Under the pieces are notes generated by a model, which saw only the letters and a list, made by a program, of their open reading frames with translations, searched no databases and was not told where the DNA came from. 64,000 bases of DNA from the NCBI GenBank assembly GCA_050943115.1, contig JBMNON010000006.1, forward strand, positions 963-64,962. The letters are read 5' to 3'. Position 1 is the stretch's first letter. The number at the start of each line of letters is the position of its first letter. The position numbers and the translations under genes are program-made. This document shows positions 8,875 to 18,275 of this stretch, piece after piece. This stretch comes from Patescibacteria group bacterium. Its GTDB lineage: Bacteria > Patescibacteriota > Microgenomatia > UBA12405.

Positions 8875-8909
8875 TTGACAAGCTAGCAGTCTTTGTTCTA
8901 TACTGCTAG
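8875..8909 (+). promoter_or_regulatory. hsp20 promoter (TTGACA-18-TATACT) overlapped by a CIRCE-like inverted repeat CTAGCAGTC-N9-TACTGCTAG
   Basis: 9-N9-9 geometry resembling the HrcA operator TTAGCACTC-N9-GAGTGCTAA, directly upstream of a heat-shock gene. Confidence 0.75.
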
Positions 8910-8942
8910 TGTTATATATTACTCATATGGAGGTTTTATCTT

Positions 8943-9356
8943 ATGAGATATATTTCTGTCAGACCCTGGTCAAGATCAGGGTTAAGGCCACTTTTTTGGG
9001 ATGAAGAAGACTGGCCAGAGGTTAGTACCTCGGAGGGAATTAATGTTTATGAAGAAGACAATAAGGTGGTCGTAGAAGCCCCTATCCCCGGAATGTCCGA
9101 AGATGACATAAAGGTTACTTATGAAGATGGGGTTTTAAGAATTTCAGCCAGAACCGAAGAAAGGAAAGAGGATAAGGAAAAGGGCCGGGTGGTTCACCAA
9201 TGGAGTAAGGTGGCCAGCTTCGATTATACTACTTACCTCCCCCGCCCCATTGACACAAAATCTCTAGAAGCCAATTTAGATAAAGGAGTCTTGACTGTAT
9301 CAGCCGAAGTTGCCCAAGAAGCAAAACCAAAAGAAGTTAAGGTAAAAGTAAAGTAA
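8943..9356 (+). CDS. Small heat-shock protein (Hsp20/alpha-crystallin)
   Basis: NVYEED..VVVEA.IPG...DIKV...DGVLRISA and A.L.KGVLTV motifs. Confidence 0.92.
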   Translation: MRYISVRPWSRSGLRPLFWDEEDWPEVSTSEGINVYEEDNKVVVEAPIPGMSEDDIKVTYEDGVLRISARTEERKEDKEKGRVVHQWSKVASFDYTTYLPRPIDTKSLEANLDKGVLTVSAEVAQEAKPKEVKVKVK

Positions 9357-9376
9357 GCCTAGATACCTTAAACAGA

Positions 9377-9408
9377 CCCTCCCCTGATCGGCGGAGGGTT
9401 TTTTGTTA
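9377..9408 (+). terminator. Intrinsic terminator of hsp20
   Basis: ACCCTCC...GGAGGGT stem followed by TTTTTGTT. Confidence 0.7.
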
Positions 9409-9418
9409 CAATTTTTTA

Positions 9419-10807
9419 ATGAAACTAGCAAACGTAGGGATGGCCTTAATGCCAAAAGCCCCACGTTTAAAAAAAATTTTAGGGCCAAGTTTTATACTGT
9501 TGGGTTTGGGTTTAGGTAGCGGCGAGTTAATTTTATGGCCTTATATGAGCGCGAATTACGGTATGGGAATAATTTGGGGTGCAGTCTTGGGGATTAGTTT
9601 TCAGTTTTTTTTGAATATGGAAATTGAACGATATACCCTGGTAAATGGTGAAAGCGTATTTGTGGGTTTGGGGCGTAAGTTGGGATGGCTGTCGCCTATC
9701 TGGTTTATAATTTCCACTTTAATACCCTGGATGTGGCCGGGAATAATCCTATCGTCTGCAGTTATTGTGGCAGCTACGTTGGGAATACTGAACAGCCAAT
9801 TGCTTGCCGTGCTCATGCTTCTTTTGATCGGAGCTATTTTAACGCTGGGACCGGTAATATATAAAACCCAAGAATGGTTTCAGAAAAACTTAATATTGCT
9901 GGGGGTGCCAATAATTTTGCTAATGGCAGTAATTTTGACAGATGGAAGCAATTGGCAAAGTCTGGCAGCAGGTTTAATCGGTAAGGGAGATAATTACTGG
10001 TTTCTACCGAAAGGAATTGCCCTGCTAAGTTTCATCGGCGCTTTTGCTTATTCCGGAGCCGGTGGAAACTTGAACTTGGCCCAGTCTTTTTATATCAAAG
10101 AAAAAGGATATGGAATGGGAAAATACGGCGGAAAGATCACCAGTATACTTACTGGCAAGAAGGAGAAAATAAGCCTGGTAGGGAAAACATTTAAAATAAA
10201 TGGCGTAAACCTAAAAAGGTTTAAAGAATGGTGGAAAGTGATCAACCTGGAGCATGCTTTAGTGTTTTGGTTTACGGGAGCGTTAACAATTATACTATTG
10301 AGCCTGTTATCGTACTCTACCGTGCATGGCAGCGTAAAAGTTGAAGGGATAAATTTTTTATTTGAAGAAGCAAAGGTAATCGGGATAAGAACCTGGCCCT
10401 TTTTGGGAATGGTTTTTTTGATTTTATCCAGTTTAATGTTGTTCTCAACTCAACTATCAGTGCTGGATGCAACCTCAAGAATAATGTCAGAAAACCTTAT
10501 CATTTTTGACCAGAAGAGATTCAAGGTAAATAATCTGGGTAGATACTATTATCTATTTCTATGGCTCTTGATAATGCTGGGAATTGGGATTATTAGTTTG
10601 GGATTTGAACAACCGCTTAAGCTGGTAATAATCGGAGCCGCCTTGAATGCCGTTTCGATGTTGGTTTATTCTGTAGCAGTTTTATACTTAAACTTAACTT
10701 GCTTGGACAAGAAGGTAAGGCCATCGGCATTAAGAGTGGGTGTAATGTTGTTAGAAATCGTTTTTTTCTTTGTGTTTTGTTTCCTAACCCTAAGGCAAGG
10801 GATATAA
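9419..10807 (+). CDS. NRAMP-related (APC superfamily) transporter
   Basis: GPSFILLGLGLGSGELILWP, EIERYTL.NGE and about 11 TM helices. Confidence 0.8.
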   Translation: MKLANVGMALMPKAPRLKKILGPSFILLGLGLGSGELILWPYMSANYGMGIIWGAVLGISFQFFLNMEIERYTLVNGESVFVGLGRKLGWLSPIWFIISTLIPWMWPGIILSSAVIVAATLGILNSQLLAVLMLLLIGAILTLGPVIYKTQEWFQKNLILLGVPIILLMAVILTDGSNWQSLAAGLIGKGDNYWFLPKGIALLSFIGAFAYSGAGGNLNLAQSFYIKEKGYGMGKYGGKITSILTGKKEKISLVGKTFKINGVNLKRFKEWWKVINLEHALVFWFTGALTIILLSLLSYSTVHGSVKVEGINFLFEEAKVIGIRTWPFLGMVFLILSSLMLFSTQLSVLDATSRIMSENLIIFDQKRFKVNNLGRYYYLFLWLLIMLGIGIISLGFEQPLKLVIIGAALNAVSMLVYSVAVLYLNLTCLDKKVRPSALRVGVMLLEIVFFFVFCFLTLRQGI

Positions 10808-10834
10808 AAGCCCCCGTATTTAAAATACGAGGGC
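10806..10834 (-). terminator. Terminator hairpin between convergent genes
   Basis: GCCC.CGTATTT-A-AAATACG.GGGC stem with an A-run on the plus strand (U-run on the minus strand). Confidence 0.6.
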
Positions 10835-10857
10835 AAATGTTAGATGCTTTTATCCTG

Positions 10858-12831
10858 CTAATTGCAGCGACTTTTATATTTATTGATCAGATCAAGCTTG
10901 TCCTGCCAGACACCTTTCCAATCGTCCTGCAGAATGCCGCCAGTATCGCCCGAGTTCGGGTTCCAGCTCCAATAGAAGGCATCACAAATTCCTTTGTTAA
11001 TAAAGTAGTCGGTGATGGCGTTTTGCCAAATAATATCTTTGGGATCACCGCCATGGCCATATTTGCCACCATATTCGCCAATAACTACCGACTTGCTTTG
11101 GTCTCTGAGGAAACCAAAATGGGTGTGCCAAATTCTTGACATATTCCCGGGAAATTGCCCATCGGAGAAGTAATTTTGGGGATGGACATCCGGACCATAA
11201 ACATGGGGAGAATAGACTAATTTGTTGGCCGGAATGTAGGAATTATCGATCGGATAGCACATTTCCGGCTCAAAGTTACCACCCCACCAGTGAGCTACAG
11301 AGTTGTCAGAACAGGTGGGATTATCCTGGACACCCTGGACGAAGATAAGGAGGTTGGGATTGGCGGAGAGAATTTCCCTGCCGGCTTTTTGGGCAGCAAG
11401 GCGCCAATCGGTACGGGTATCATTGGTGCCCCAAGTGGCAACTCCCTTGGGTTCGTTCTTGATGTCAATACCCATAAAATAATCCAAATTCTGATAACGA
11501 TCGGCAACAAACTTTAGATCCATAATCCAATCGGCTTCCGAATAAGAATCGGTGTACCAGAGATCGGTAATATTCTGGCAATTAACTGTATGGACATCCA
11601 GTAAGATGTGGAGTTTCTGATTATTCATTTCAGTCAAAAACTTATCCAACAGATCAAGGCTGTTTAAATTTCTGAGGTCTTCGTTTTTGTAGTAGTCAAT
11701 AGAGCTGACCGGAGAATTTTTTAAGGTACCCGGGCAGTAAGGAACCCGGACCGCATTAAAACCGGTACTTTTAATCTGGGAGATCATGTCCTTCCAATTC
11801 CTCTCCCAAAGACCATGGGCAACAAAGGTAGTATTTTCAAAACCAAACCAACTGACACCATTAACTTTGACCCTGTTACCGTTGTGATAGATTTTGCCGT
11901 CACTACCGACTTCGTAACTACCGACATTATTACTTGAATCAGGAAGGGAGGGGGTGGGGACAGAGGTGGGAGTAGGGCTTGGAGGAGTGGGGGTCACAGA
12001 AGCAATAGGGGTGGGTTGAGTACCACCAGAAGCCTGGCCAACATTAAAGCTCAGAGAATTGTCAAGCCAGTAATGATTGTAAGCCCAATAAGGGGCAAAA
12101 ATGCCAACTTTGACTTTGTAATCCCCCTGGAGTTGGGGTGTCCAAGTAGTGGTAAAAGTCCGATTTTGGTTGGCTTTCAACTCCTGATTTTCAAAATACT
12201 GCTGATCTATTTTGCGGTTGTTTCCATCATAAACCTCAACGTCAACAATGGCGTTTGGGTGATCGACGGGAGAGGTAATGTTCGTGTTCAGCTTGAGAGG
12301 TGAAGAGACAGAGGGGGTGGAATCGGTGCTGGTATTTATTAAGTATGAGGAGGATGAGGGCTGGCTTTCAGAAGCAGCTTGAAATTGCAAGGCATTGTCT
12401 TCCCAGTAAAAATTACGACTCCAGTTAGAAGTGAATAAGCCAACTTTTACCTGGTAATCACCTTCAATCTGAGGAGTCCAATTGGTCCTAAATCTTGTTA
12501 TTTGATAAGAATTAATATTAACTCTTTCAAAAAAATGCTGATGAACTTTTTGATTTGAAGAGTTATAAATTTCAATATCGACAATAGAGTCATTGACGGT
12601 GTCGGAAGGACGGATATCGACGATAATTTCTGCCGGACTGCGAACCTGAGCAGAATTAACTTTAGCAGAGATAGTAAAACTACCGGAATTGGCGCTAACG
12701 AATTTCCCTGAAGCCAGTCCGGTAATCAGAGAGAATAAAAAAGATAAAAGAACTCCAAGAAAAAACCTGGAGTTAAAGTGTTTGGGTTGACTTGTGACTA
12801 TTCCTGTCAAAGTCGAGATATTTTTAGGCAT
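10858..12831 (-). CDS. Secreted GH5 endoglucanase-like enzyme with two N-terminal Ig-like modules and a Pro/Thr linker
   Basis: GVSWFGFE, GFNAVRVP, acid/base motif NEP, YSPHVYGP, nucleophile GEYGG, YWSWNPNSGDTGGIL (GH5 cellulase type). Confidence 0.9.
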   Translation of the reverse strand: MPKNISTLTGIVTSQPKHFNSRFFLGVLLSFLFSLITGLASGKFVSANSGSFTISAKVNSAQVRSPAEIIVDIRPSDTVNDSIVDIEIYNSSNQKVHQHFFERVNINSYQITRFRTNWTPQIEGDYQVKVGLFTSNWSRNFYWEDNALQFQAASESQPSSSSYLINTSTDSTPSVSSPLKLNTNITSPVDHPNAIVDVEVYDGNNRKIDQQYFENQELKANQNRTFTTTWTPQLQGDYKVKVGIFAPYWAYNHYWLDNSLSFNVGQASGGTQPTPIASVTPTPPSPTPTSVPTPSLPDSSNNVGSYEVGSDGKIYHNGNRVKVNGVSWFGFENTTFVAHGLWERNWKDMISQIKSTGFNAVRVPYCPGTLKNSPVSSIDYYKNEDLRNLNSLDLLDKFLTEMNNQKLHILLDVHTVNCQNITDLWYTDSYSEADWIMDLKFVADRYQNLDYFMGIDIKNEPKGVATWGTNDTRTDWRLAAQKAGREILSANPNLLIFVQGVQDNPTCSDNSVAHWWGGNFEPEMCYPIDNSYIPANKLVYSPHVYGPDVHPQNYFSDGQFPGNMSRIWHTHFGFLRDQSKSVVIGEYGGKYGHGGDPKDIIWQNAITDYFINKGICDAFYWSWNPNSGDTGGILQDDWKGVWQDKLDLINKYKSRCN

Positions 12832-12878
12832 TAGGCACGATTCTAGATAACAGGCAGAGGCAAGTCAAAAGTAATTTT

Positions 12879-13616
12879 TTACCGTTTCGGTGATTTTGCG
12901 GTGAAGAAATTTTTCAGCAAAGCCAATTCGGACAAAGTTAGATATCGATACTCTTTTGCCTTTAGTTCCCCTAATTTTATCGGTCCGATAGCTATGCGAT
13001 GCAGAGAAATTATGCGGAGGTTGAGTTTGGCAACCATGCGCCTGATTTGGCGATTCCGACCTTCCCTCAGTTGAATCTTGAGATTGGTCCTGCCGTTTTT
13101 TTGAGAAATTACGGAAGTTTGAGTGGGTAGTGTCACCCCATCCTCAAGTTCAACCCCATGTCGTAGTTTGAAAATTTTTTCCGGGCTAATCCGTCCTTCG
13201 ACGGTAACCAGATAAGTTTTGGGCAGGTGGTAACGAGGGTGGGTGGCCTTTAGTGATAAGTCGCCATCATTTGTTAAAAGAATAAGACCACTTGAATCAT
13301 AATCCAGTCTCCCTATGGGATAAAGACGGGCATCGGAGTCAATTAAATCGAGAACTGTTTGCCGATTGTGAGTATCAGTGGTGGAGGAAATTACACCGGT
13401 TGGTTTATTTAGGGCGATATAAATATAATTTGGTTTTTTATGGTTAATATTACGGCCATTTACTTCAACTTGATCCGATAGCGGATCTATCTTTTGACCC
13501 AAGACAGCCTTGCGACCGTTAACGATTACTTTATTTTTTTCAATCAATTCGTCTATGTGCCTTCTGGAGGCGATACCCAAAGAGGCCAGATACTTATTTA
13601 GACGGACTTTATCCAT
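12879..13616 (-). CDS. rRNA pseudouridine synthase (RsuA/RluB family) with S4 domain
   Basis: RLNKYLA..GIASRR, NKP.G, GRLDYDSSGL, EGRNRQIRRM. Confidence 0.93.
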   Translation of the reverse strand: MDKVRLNKYLASLGIASRRHIDELIEKNKVIVNGRKAVLGQKIDPLSDQVEVNGRNINHKKPNYIYIALNKPTGVISSTTDTHNRQTVLDLIDSDARLYPIGRLDYDSSGLILLTNDGDLSLKATHPRYHLPKTYLVTVEGRISPEKIFKLRHGVELEDGVTLPTQTSVISQKNGRTNLKIQLREGRNRQIRRMVAKLNLRIISLHRIAIGPIKLGELKAKEYRYLTLSELALLKNFFTAKSPKR

Positions 13617-13674
13617 GAATTATTTTACCTAATATTTGGTTTGTTTTGAGCGATTAGGTTTAATAAAATATGTT

Positions 13675-14199
13675 ATGGCCCAATATTTCATCGGCATAGG
13701 GCTTCCTCCAAATGAAGATAAGTTGTTTTCCCTTATCAAGCAACACTTCCATCATAATGGCAAACTTAGTAGTACTCCACACATTACTTTGGCACCCCCC
13801 TTTGAGCTAGAGGATGAGAACGAATTTTTGGAAAATTTTATAAGTTGGGCCAAGAAAGAAAAAGCTTTTATCATAAAGGTAAAGACGGTGGATAAATTTA
13901 TTCAGCCTAAGTACGGAACAGTTTATTTAGCACCCATAAACGACAAGTATTTGCAGGAATTATATGCGAGTTTGATTAAAAGGTTTAATTTGCTTTCAGA
14001 CCAAGGTAGTTTTATACCTCACTTGACGGTAGCTCAAAGAGTTCCCCTAAGAAGGCTAAACGAAATCGAAGATCAAATTAGAAAGATGGATTTAAGTTTG
14101 AAATTGAAAGTAAAACAGCTAAACCTTTATAAGAAAGAAGTGGGTCAATGTTGGAAAAAATTTGCTGAAGTGAGATTAAAAGAGGGAAGGATTAACTAA
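13675..14199 (+). CDS. 2H phosphoesterase / 2'-5' RNA ligase family protein
   Basis: Two HxT motifs (PHITL, PHLTV). Confidence 0.85.
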   Translation: MAQYFIGIGLPPNEDKLFSLIKQHFHHNGKLSSTPHITLAPPFELEDENEFLENFISWAKKEKAFIIKVKTVDKFIQPKYGTVYLAPINDKYLQELYASLIKRFNLLSDQGSFIPHLTVAQRVPLRRLNEIEDQIRKMDLSLKLKVKQLNLYKKEVGQCWKKFAEVRLKEGRIN

Positions 14200-15042
14200 G
14201 GATGTGGACAGAATATTGATAATCCAAAGAATAAAAGCCACAAAAAGGATTAGGGCCAAGAAGGCAAGAAGGACATAGACAACCCACCCTTTTTTAGAGT
14301 AGATAAATTCTTTTTCCCGGGGAAGAGATTTTAGATGTTGATAATTAAGATAGACAAAGATTGCCGTCAATGGAGCTGTGACTGAGTTAAAAATTAAGCC
14401 AGCTACTGTTTCCACGGTATTTTTGGAATTATCCGAACCATTAAAAACTGATGAGACAATCATTAACAGCAGATACCAGATAAAAATTCTAATAAAGTAT
14501 TCTTTGGAGTGAGATTTTATATAGTACCAACTTTTCTGAATGGCAATCCTGCCGCCAAGACCTTCAACAAATAGAACATAAACACTTAGAGATGAAAAAA
14601 ATAAGAAAGCTACTCCGGGTAATATCAGTAGGAGTATGCCAAGAAAAGTAATTAAGCCGATCAAAAGAGTGAGGGAGAAAAAGCGGCTGACATATTTCCA
14701 TGATTGATTGTAAACTGTTTTTATACTTAATTTTTTGTCAAGGTTGGAGATGTAGTAGATAAGGGCAGAGCCGGACCACAGGTTAACGATGGAGAGAATT
14801 GACAAAAAAAAGACGGCCAAGGGTAGCATAGATAAAATTTGGACATAGTTTCGGTTTAGCAGCAAAGACAGAAAATTTCCAAGGAAGAAAGTAGCGAAGA
14901 AGGCAAAAAAGGCGAGACTAAGGAGGCTGGGTATGGCTGTAATGCCAACCAGGGAAAGCCAGTTTTTTGAAAAGATGGAGAAAGTATTTGAAAAAAGAGA
15001 GATGAGAGGGGGGTAAGGAATGGTGTCCGACTGCGACTTCAT
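14176..15042 (-). CDS. Integral membrane protein of unknown function
   Basis: About 6-7 hydrophobic helices and an LLILPG...A...SW pattern. Confidence 0.7.
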   Translation of the reverse strand: MKSQSDTIPYPPLISLFSNTFSIFSKNWLSLVGITAIPSLLSLAFFAFFATFFLGNFLSLLLNRNYVQILSMLPLAVFFLSILSIVNLWSGSALIYYISNLDKKLSIKTVYNQSWKYVSRFFSLTLLIGLITFLGILLLILPGVAFLFFSSLSVYVLFVEGLGGRIAIQKSWYYIKSHSKEYFIRIFIWYLLLMIVSSVFNGSDNSKNTVETVAGLIFNSVTAPLTAIFVYLNYQHLKSLPREKEFIYSKKGWVVYVLLAFLALILFVAFILWIINILSTSLVNPSLF

Positions 15043-15090
15043 GACTTATTATGGCAAAAGTATGGATTTTTTCAATAAACAAGTGACTGT

Positions 15091-15696
15091 TTAGAATAAA
15101 GATATCTGCTCCTTGTTATCTGATTTGGGATAGGAAAAATTGACGTCAATTATCCTTGCAGTATTCCATTCGTCTTTGTACTTCAAATGTTTGTGTTGGA
15201 GGCCATAATCATAGACATCCCGAGTCACCAGGACGTCGGATTCGCAATAGTTTTTAAGCTTATCCAAACTTTCCTTTGTGCCTTGTTTGTAATACAAGAC
15301 AGCGTTTGTACCAACGTCTGTTTTGGTGGTGCCAAGAGTTTCTTTGGCAATAGCGTTGAGACTTAGCCTGAAGCCCAGGGCATCTTTAATTTTTTCCAAG
15401 ATATCGAAGTGGCTTAATTTGTTAAAGCTAAAAGGGCAAAGGGGCGCTAAAGCCGGGTTGTCAAACTTTAAAGAATTAAACCCAATAATTCTGTCGACAT
15501 TAGCAAAATGAGTCCACATCGAGGAAAAATCGTTTTCAAAAAAGCTATACATTTGACCGGAAATTTCATGGTAGTTTTCGTCCAGGTTACGCTTATATAA
15601 AGATACCAGGGAAATACCAAGATCGGCGGGGTTGTGGGTGTCTATCTCTTCAAAAAGTTTTTTGGTTTCTATGTCGAAGATTACTTCAGTGATCAT
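15091..15696 (-). CDS. RNase H-like / DEDD 3'-5' exonuclease (YprB-like)
   Basis: FDIET, GFNS..FD, HFDIL, YCESDV. Start moved to MITEVIF. Confidence 0.85.
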   Translation of the reverse strand: MITEVIFDIETKKLFEEIDTHNPADLGISLVSLYKRNLDENYHEISGQMYSFFENDFSSMWTHFANVDRIIGFNSLKFDNPALAPLCPFSFNKLSHFDILEKIKDALGFRLSLNAIAKETLGTTKTDVGTNAVLYYKQGTKESLDKLKNYCESDVLVTRDVYDYGLQHKHLKYKDEWNTARIIDVNFSYPKSDNKEQISLF

Positions 15697-15829
15697 GGAA
15701 TTAGATGATAGGAGGAAAATGAGGAGATTACAAGAAGGAGAAGAATGCTTTTGGTGGTCGGGTGCGATGGGGTAAGAAAAAAGTGGGGGTAAATGAGGTG
15801 TGAGAATAGTGGCGAAAAATATGGGGTAA

Positions 15830-16230
15830 GAAAAAGTTGAGGTGGGGCTCGGCTCCAAGCACTTGTTTCGGACTACCATAGTCCAAGTACTTAGAGGAGC
15901 CCCAACCTCCGTCCCAGCTTTTCTAAGTGACGACCCTTACGGATCCCCCCCATTATCACTTAGAAAAGTTGCATCATCTCCTGATGTCCGGGACACAGCA
16001 GGAAAGGCTGTGTCGGAGATGTGCAAGACCTTTTGTTCAAAAAAAAGAGAACGGTGTTCTTCTTACTTTTGGGACCCAGCTAGAATATTGATATAGATAT
16101 TCCAATTGGGTCCCAAAACGACCACCAAAAGCAAAGAGATGGTTAAAATGTGAAGAAACCCTTGCATTAAAGGGGCTTCGCATCTTAAGACTCTTTGCTT
16201 TCTTACTTCTTGTTAATGAGCGACAGCTGA
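15830..16230 (-). ncRNA. Candidate ~400-nt structured non-coding RNA with five tandem long hairpins
   Basis: Stems at 15839-15909, 15915-15971, 15970-16025, 16067-16118 and 16128-16201. G-U wobbles and a GUAA tetraloop favour the minus strand. A promoter lies to the right and a U-run follows the last stem. Confidence 0.65.
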
Positions 16231-16232
16231 AA

Positions 16233-16352
16233 ATTTTATAGTAGAAAACTACTCAAATCAAGTACATAATTATACTACGTTTGTAAGACTTGGGAAAGAG
16301 GTTAGTAAAGCTTTGGACAAATGTCGGTAAGACAGTGGGAATTTTTTATAAG
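16233..16352 (-). promoter_or_regulatory. Leftward promoters (TTGATT-17-TAAAAT; TATAAT at 16269-16274) with an array of 11-bp-spaced CTTAC-like half-sites
   Basis: Plus-strand GTAAG/GAAAG/GTAAA/GACAA/GTAAG at 16283, 16294, 16305, 16316 and 16327. Confidence 0.6.
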
Positions 16353-16362
16353 AATTATCAGA

Positions 16363-16632
16363 TTAGTTTGGATTGCTTTTCTTGAAGACAATTCGGGGTT
16401 TAGGTTCTTTTTTGATCCATTGTCCTTCTTTGGTTTTTTTAAAATCGTCTTTAACAGCTAACCAAGCGAAGCGGTTGGCCGCCTCGTGACGGGTAGTCTG
16501 AGTATCCCGGGTTAAAGGACTTTCAAAATCATCCCAACCGTCCCGGTAAGCCTCCAGAAAAATTTTTTGGGCTTCGAAGGGAAGTTCGTGTTGAATCTCC
16601 TGAGGTAAGTCGTTTAGTTTTTTGTATATCAT
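16363..16632 (-). CDS. chaB: ChaB family protein
   Basis: Y....DLP......LP..AQ.IF..AY...W and A.R.AW.AVK..F.K...G.W. Start moved to MIYKKL. Confidence 0.85.
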   Translation of the reverse strand: MIYKKLNDLPQEIQHELPFEAQKIFLEAYRDGWDDFESPLTRDTQTTRHEAANRFAWLAVKDDFKKTKEGQWIKKEPKPRIVFKKSNPN

Positions 16633-16769
16633 ATTATTTTCGAATATAGGCAATATGGGGCAAGCGATTATAAGATAACGGTAATAGTTTGGTAAGAGGA
16701 ATTTTTATTACAACTAGATTCTTACTTGTTTTTGGCAGCCTTTTTACAAAACCAGCTGATAATGAGTGG

Positions 16770-18275
16770 GTGGAAATTGATTTTAAAAACGAAAAGGCGA
16801 CAATTCCTTTGTGGCTGGGAGATATTGAAACAGGAAATTATCCAGAGTTAAAGAAGGATCTGGAAACGGAAATTCTGATAATTGGCGGCGGTATCGCCGG
16901 GATGACAACAGCATATTTTTTAAGCAAGACAGGTAAGAGAGTGGTGTTGGTCGATGCCGACAGAATCGGGAGAGGGGTAACAGGACATACTACGGCAAAA
17001 ATCACCTCGTTACACCATTTGGCGTATAAAGATATAAAAGAAAAAGTAGGAATTGATAGCGCGAAAAGTTATGCTAAAGCCAGCCAAGAAGCGATTGGAT
17101 TAATCGGCCAAATCGTTAAAAAAGAAAAGTTAAATTGTGAGTTTAAAAAAGCAGATATGCATGTTTATTCCTATGACGGCAGGAGCTTGGGAAAAATTAA
17201 GGAGGAATTTGAAGTATGCCGAGATATGGGACTACCGGCTACTTATATTGAAAAGTCTGAACTTCCCTTCCCCATTAAGGGAGCAATTAAGTTTGATAAC
17301 CAAGCCCACTTTCACCCCTATAAGTATGTTCTGGGTTTGGCTAACACCATCAGTAAAAAGGTGGACATCCGGGAAAGAACCCGGATAGTAGACATGGAAG
17401 AGGGAGATCCGGGTACGGTTATTACAGACAAGGGTTTTAGAATTAAAGCAAATGAGGTAGTGGTGGCCAGCCACTATCCGGTTTTTGACCAAAAGGGTAA
17501 ATATTATGCCCGCCTTATTCCGGACAGGGATTATGCTATGGCCATTAAGTCACCAACTGAGCTGGATGGGATGTTTATAGATACTTCAGGAGATTATTTT
17601 TCGATACGGCCTTATGGAAAGCTACTAATTGTAGGCGGGATCACTCACCGGACCGGCACTGTTTCTGACACCAAAGAATGCTACCGAAAATTGCTAAACC
17701 AGGCGGAAAAAAGGTTGGGGGTAGAAACTGTAGAGTACAAATGGTCAACCCAGGACAATTTTACGGCAGACAACCTGCCTTATATCGGCCGGATCACCAA
17801 GGATAACCGACATGTTTACGTGGCTACCGGGTTTAACGGCTGGGGAATGAGTAACGGTACAACGGCCGGGAAACTTATTGCTGACATGATATCGAGGGGG
17901 GCAAGTCCATATATTGAGACTTTTGATCCATCGCGATTCAGCTTAAAGGCGGAGGGGAAAAAGTTGCTGGAATTTAATACGGGGACAGCCAAGAGATATA
18001 TTCAGGGAGCGGTAACTACGGGTGAAATAATTAGTAATATAAAAAAGGGGCAGGGAGGAATTGTGGAAAAGGACGGGCAAAAATATCTGGTTTACAGAAA
18101 CGAATCAGGCAAGGTATTTGCCCTACACCACCACTGTACCCACATGGGCTGTGTTCTGTCCTGGAATAGTGCCGAAAAATCCTGGGACTGCCCCTGCCAT
18201 GGTTCGAGATTCAGTTACGAGGGAAAAGTAATTCACGGTCCGGCACTTAAAAACCTGAAAAAAGCCGAAATTTAA
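16770..18275 (+). CDS. FAD-dependent oxidoreductase with C-terminal Rieske [2Fe-2S] domain (YhfW-like)
   Basis: IIGGGIAG, G.GVTGHTTAKIT, ATGFNGWGM, Rieske motifs CTHMGC and WDCPCHGSRF. The start codon is uncertain. Confidence 0.9.
   Translation: MEIDFKNEKATIPLWLGDIETGNYPELKKDLETEILIIGGGIAGMTTAYFLSKTGKRVVLVDADRIGRGVTGHTTAKITSLHHLAYKDIKEKVGIDSAKSYAKASQEAIGLIGQIVKKEKLNCEFKKADMHVYSYDGRSLGKIKEEFEVCRDMGLPATYIEKSELPFPIKGAIKFDNQAHFHPYKYVLGLANTISKKVDIRERTRIVDMEEGDPGTVITDKGFRIKANEVVVASHYPVFDQKGKYYARLIPDRDYAMAIKSPTELDGMFIDTSGDYFSIRPYGKLLIVGGITHRTGTVSDTKECYRKLLNQAEKRLGVETVEYKWSTQDNFTADNLPYIGRITKDNRHVYVATGFNGWGMSNGTTAGKLIADMISRGASPYIETFDPSRFSLKAEGKKLLEFNTGTAKRYIQGAVTTGEIISNIKKGQGGIVEKDGQKYLVYRNESGKVFALHHHCTHMGCVLSWNSAEKSWDCPCHGSRFSYEGKVIHGPALKNLKKAEI

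Noticed and set aside
15842-16096. 84-aa plus-strand ORF, and the upstream extension of the exonuclease ORF to 15879
   Set aside because: Neither looks protein-like or has an SD. The region is better explained by RNA stems, and the exonuclease motifs begin at 15696.
15830-16230. Hairpin array as CRISPR, attC array, RNase P, SRP or tmRNA
   Set aside because: The hairpins share no repeated sequence, no cas or integrase gene is present, and I could not find the diagnostic motifs by eye. An Rfam search is still needed.
16240-16253. AGTAG-N4-CTACT palindrome resembling the lexA operator
   Set aside because: It lacks the AC/GT inner bases, so half-site spacing differs by 4 bp, and it is too short to support a call.
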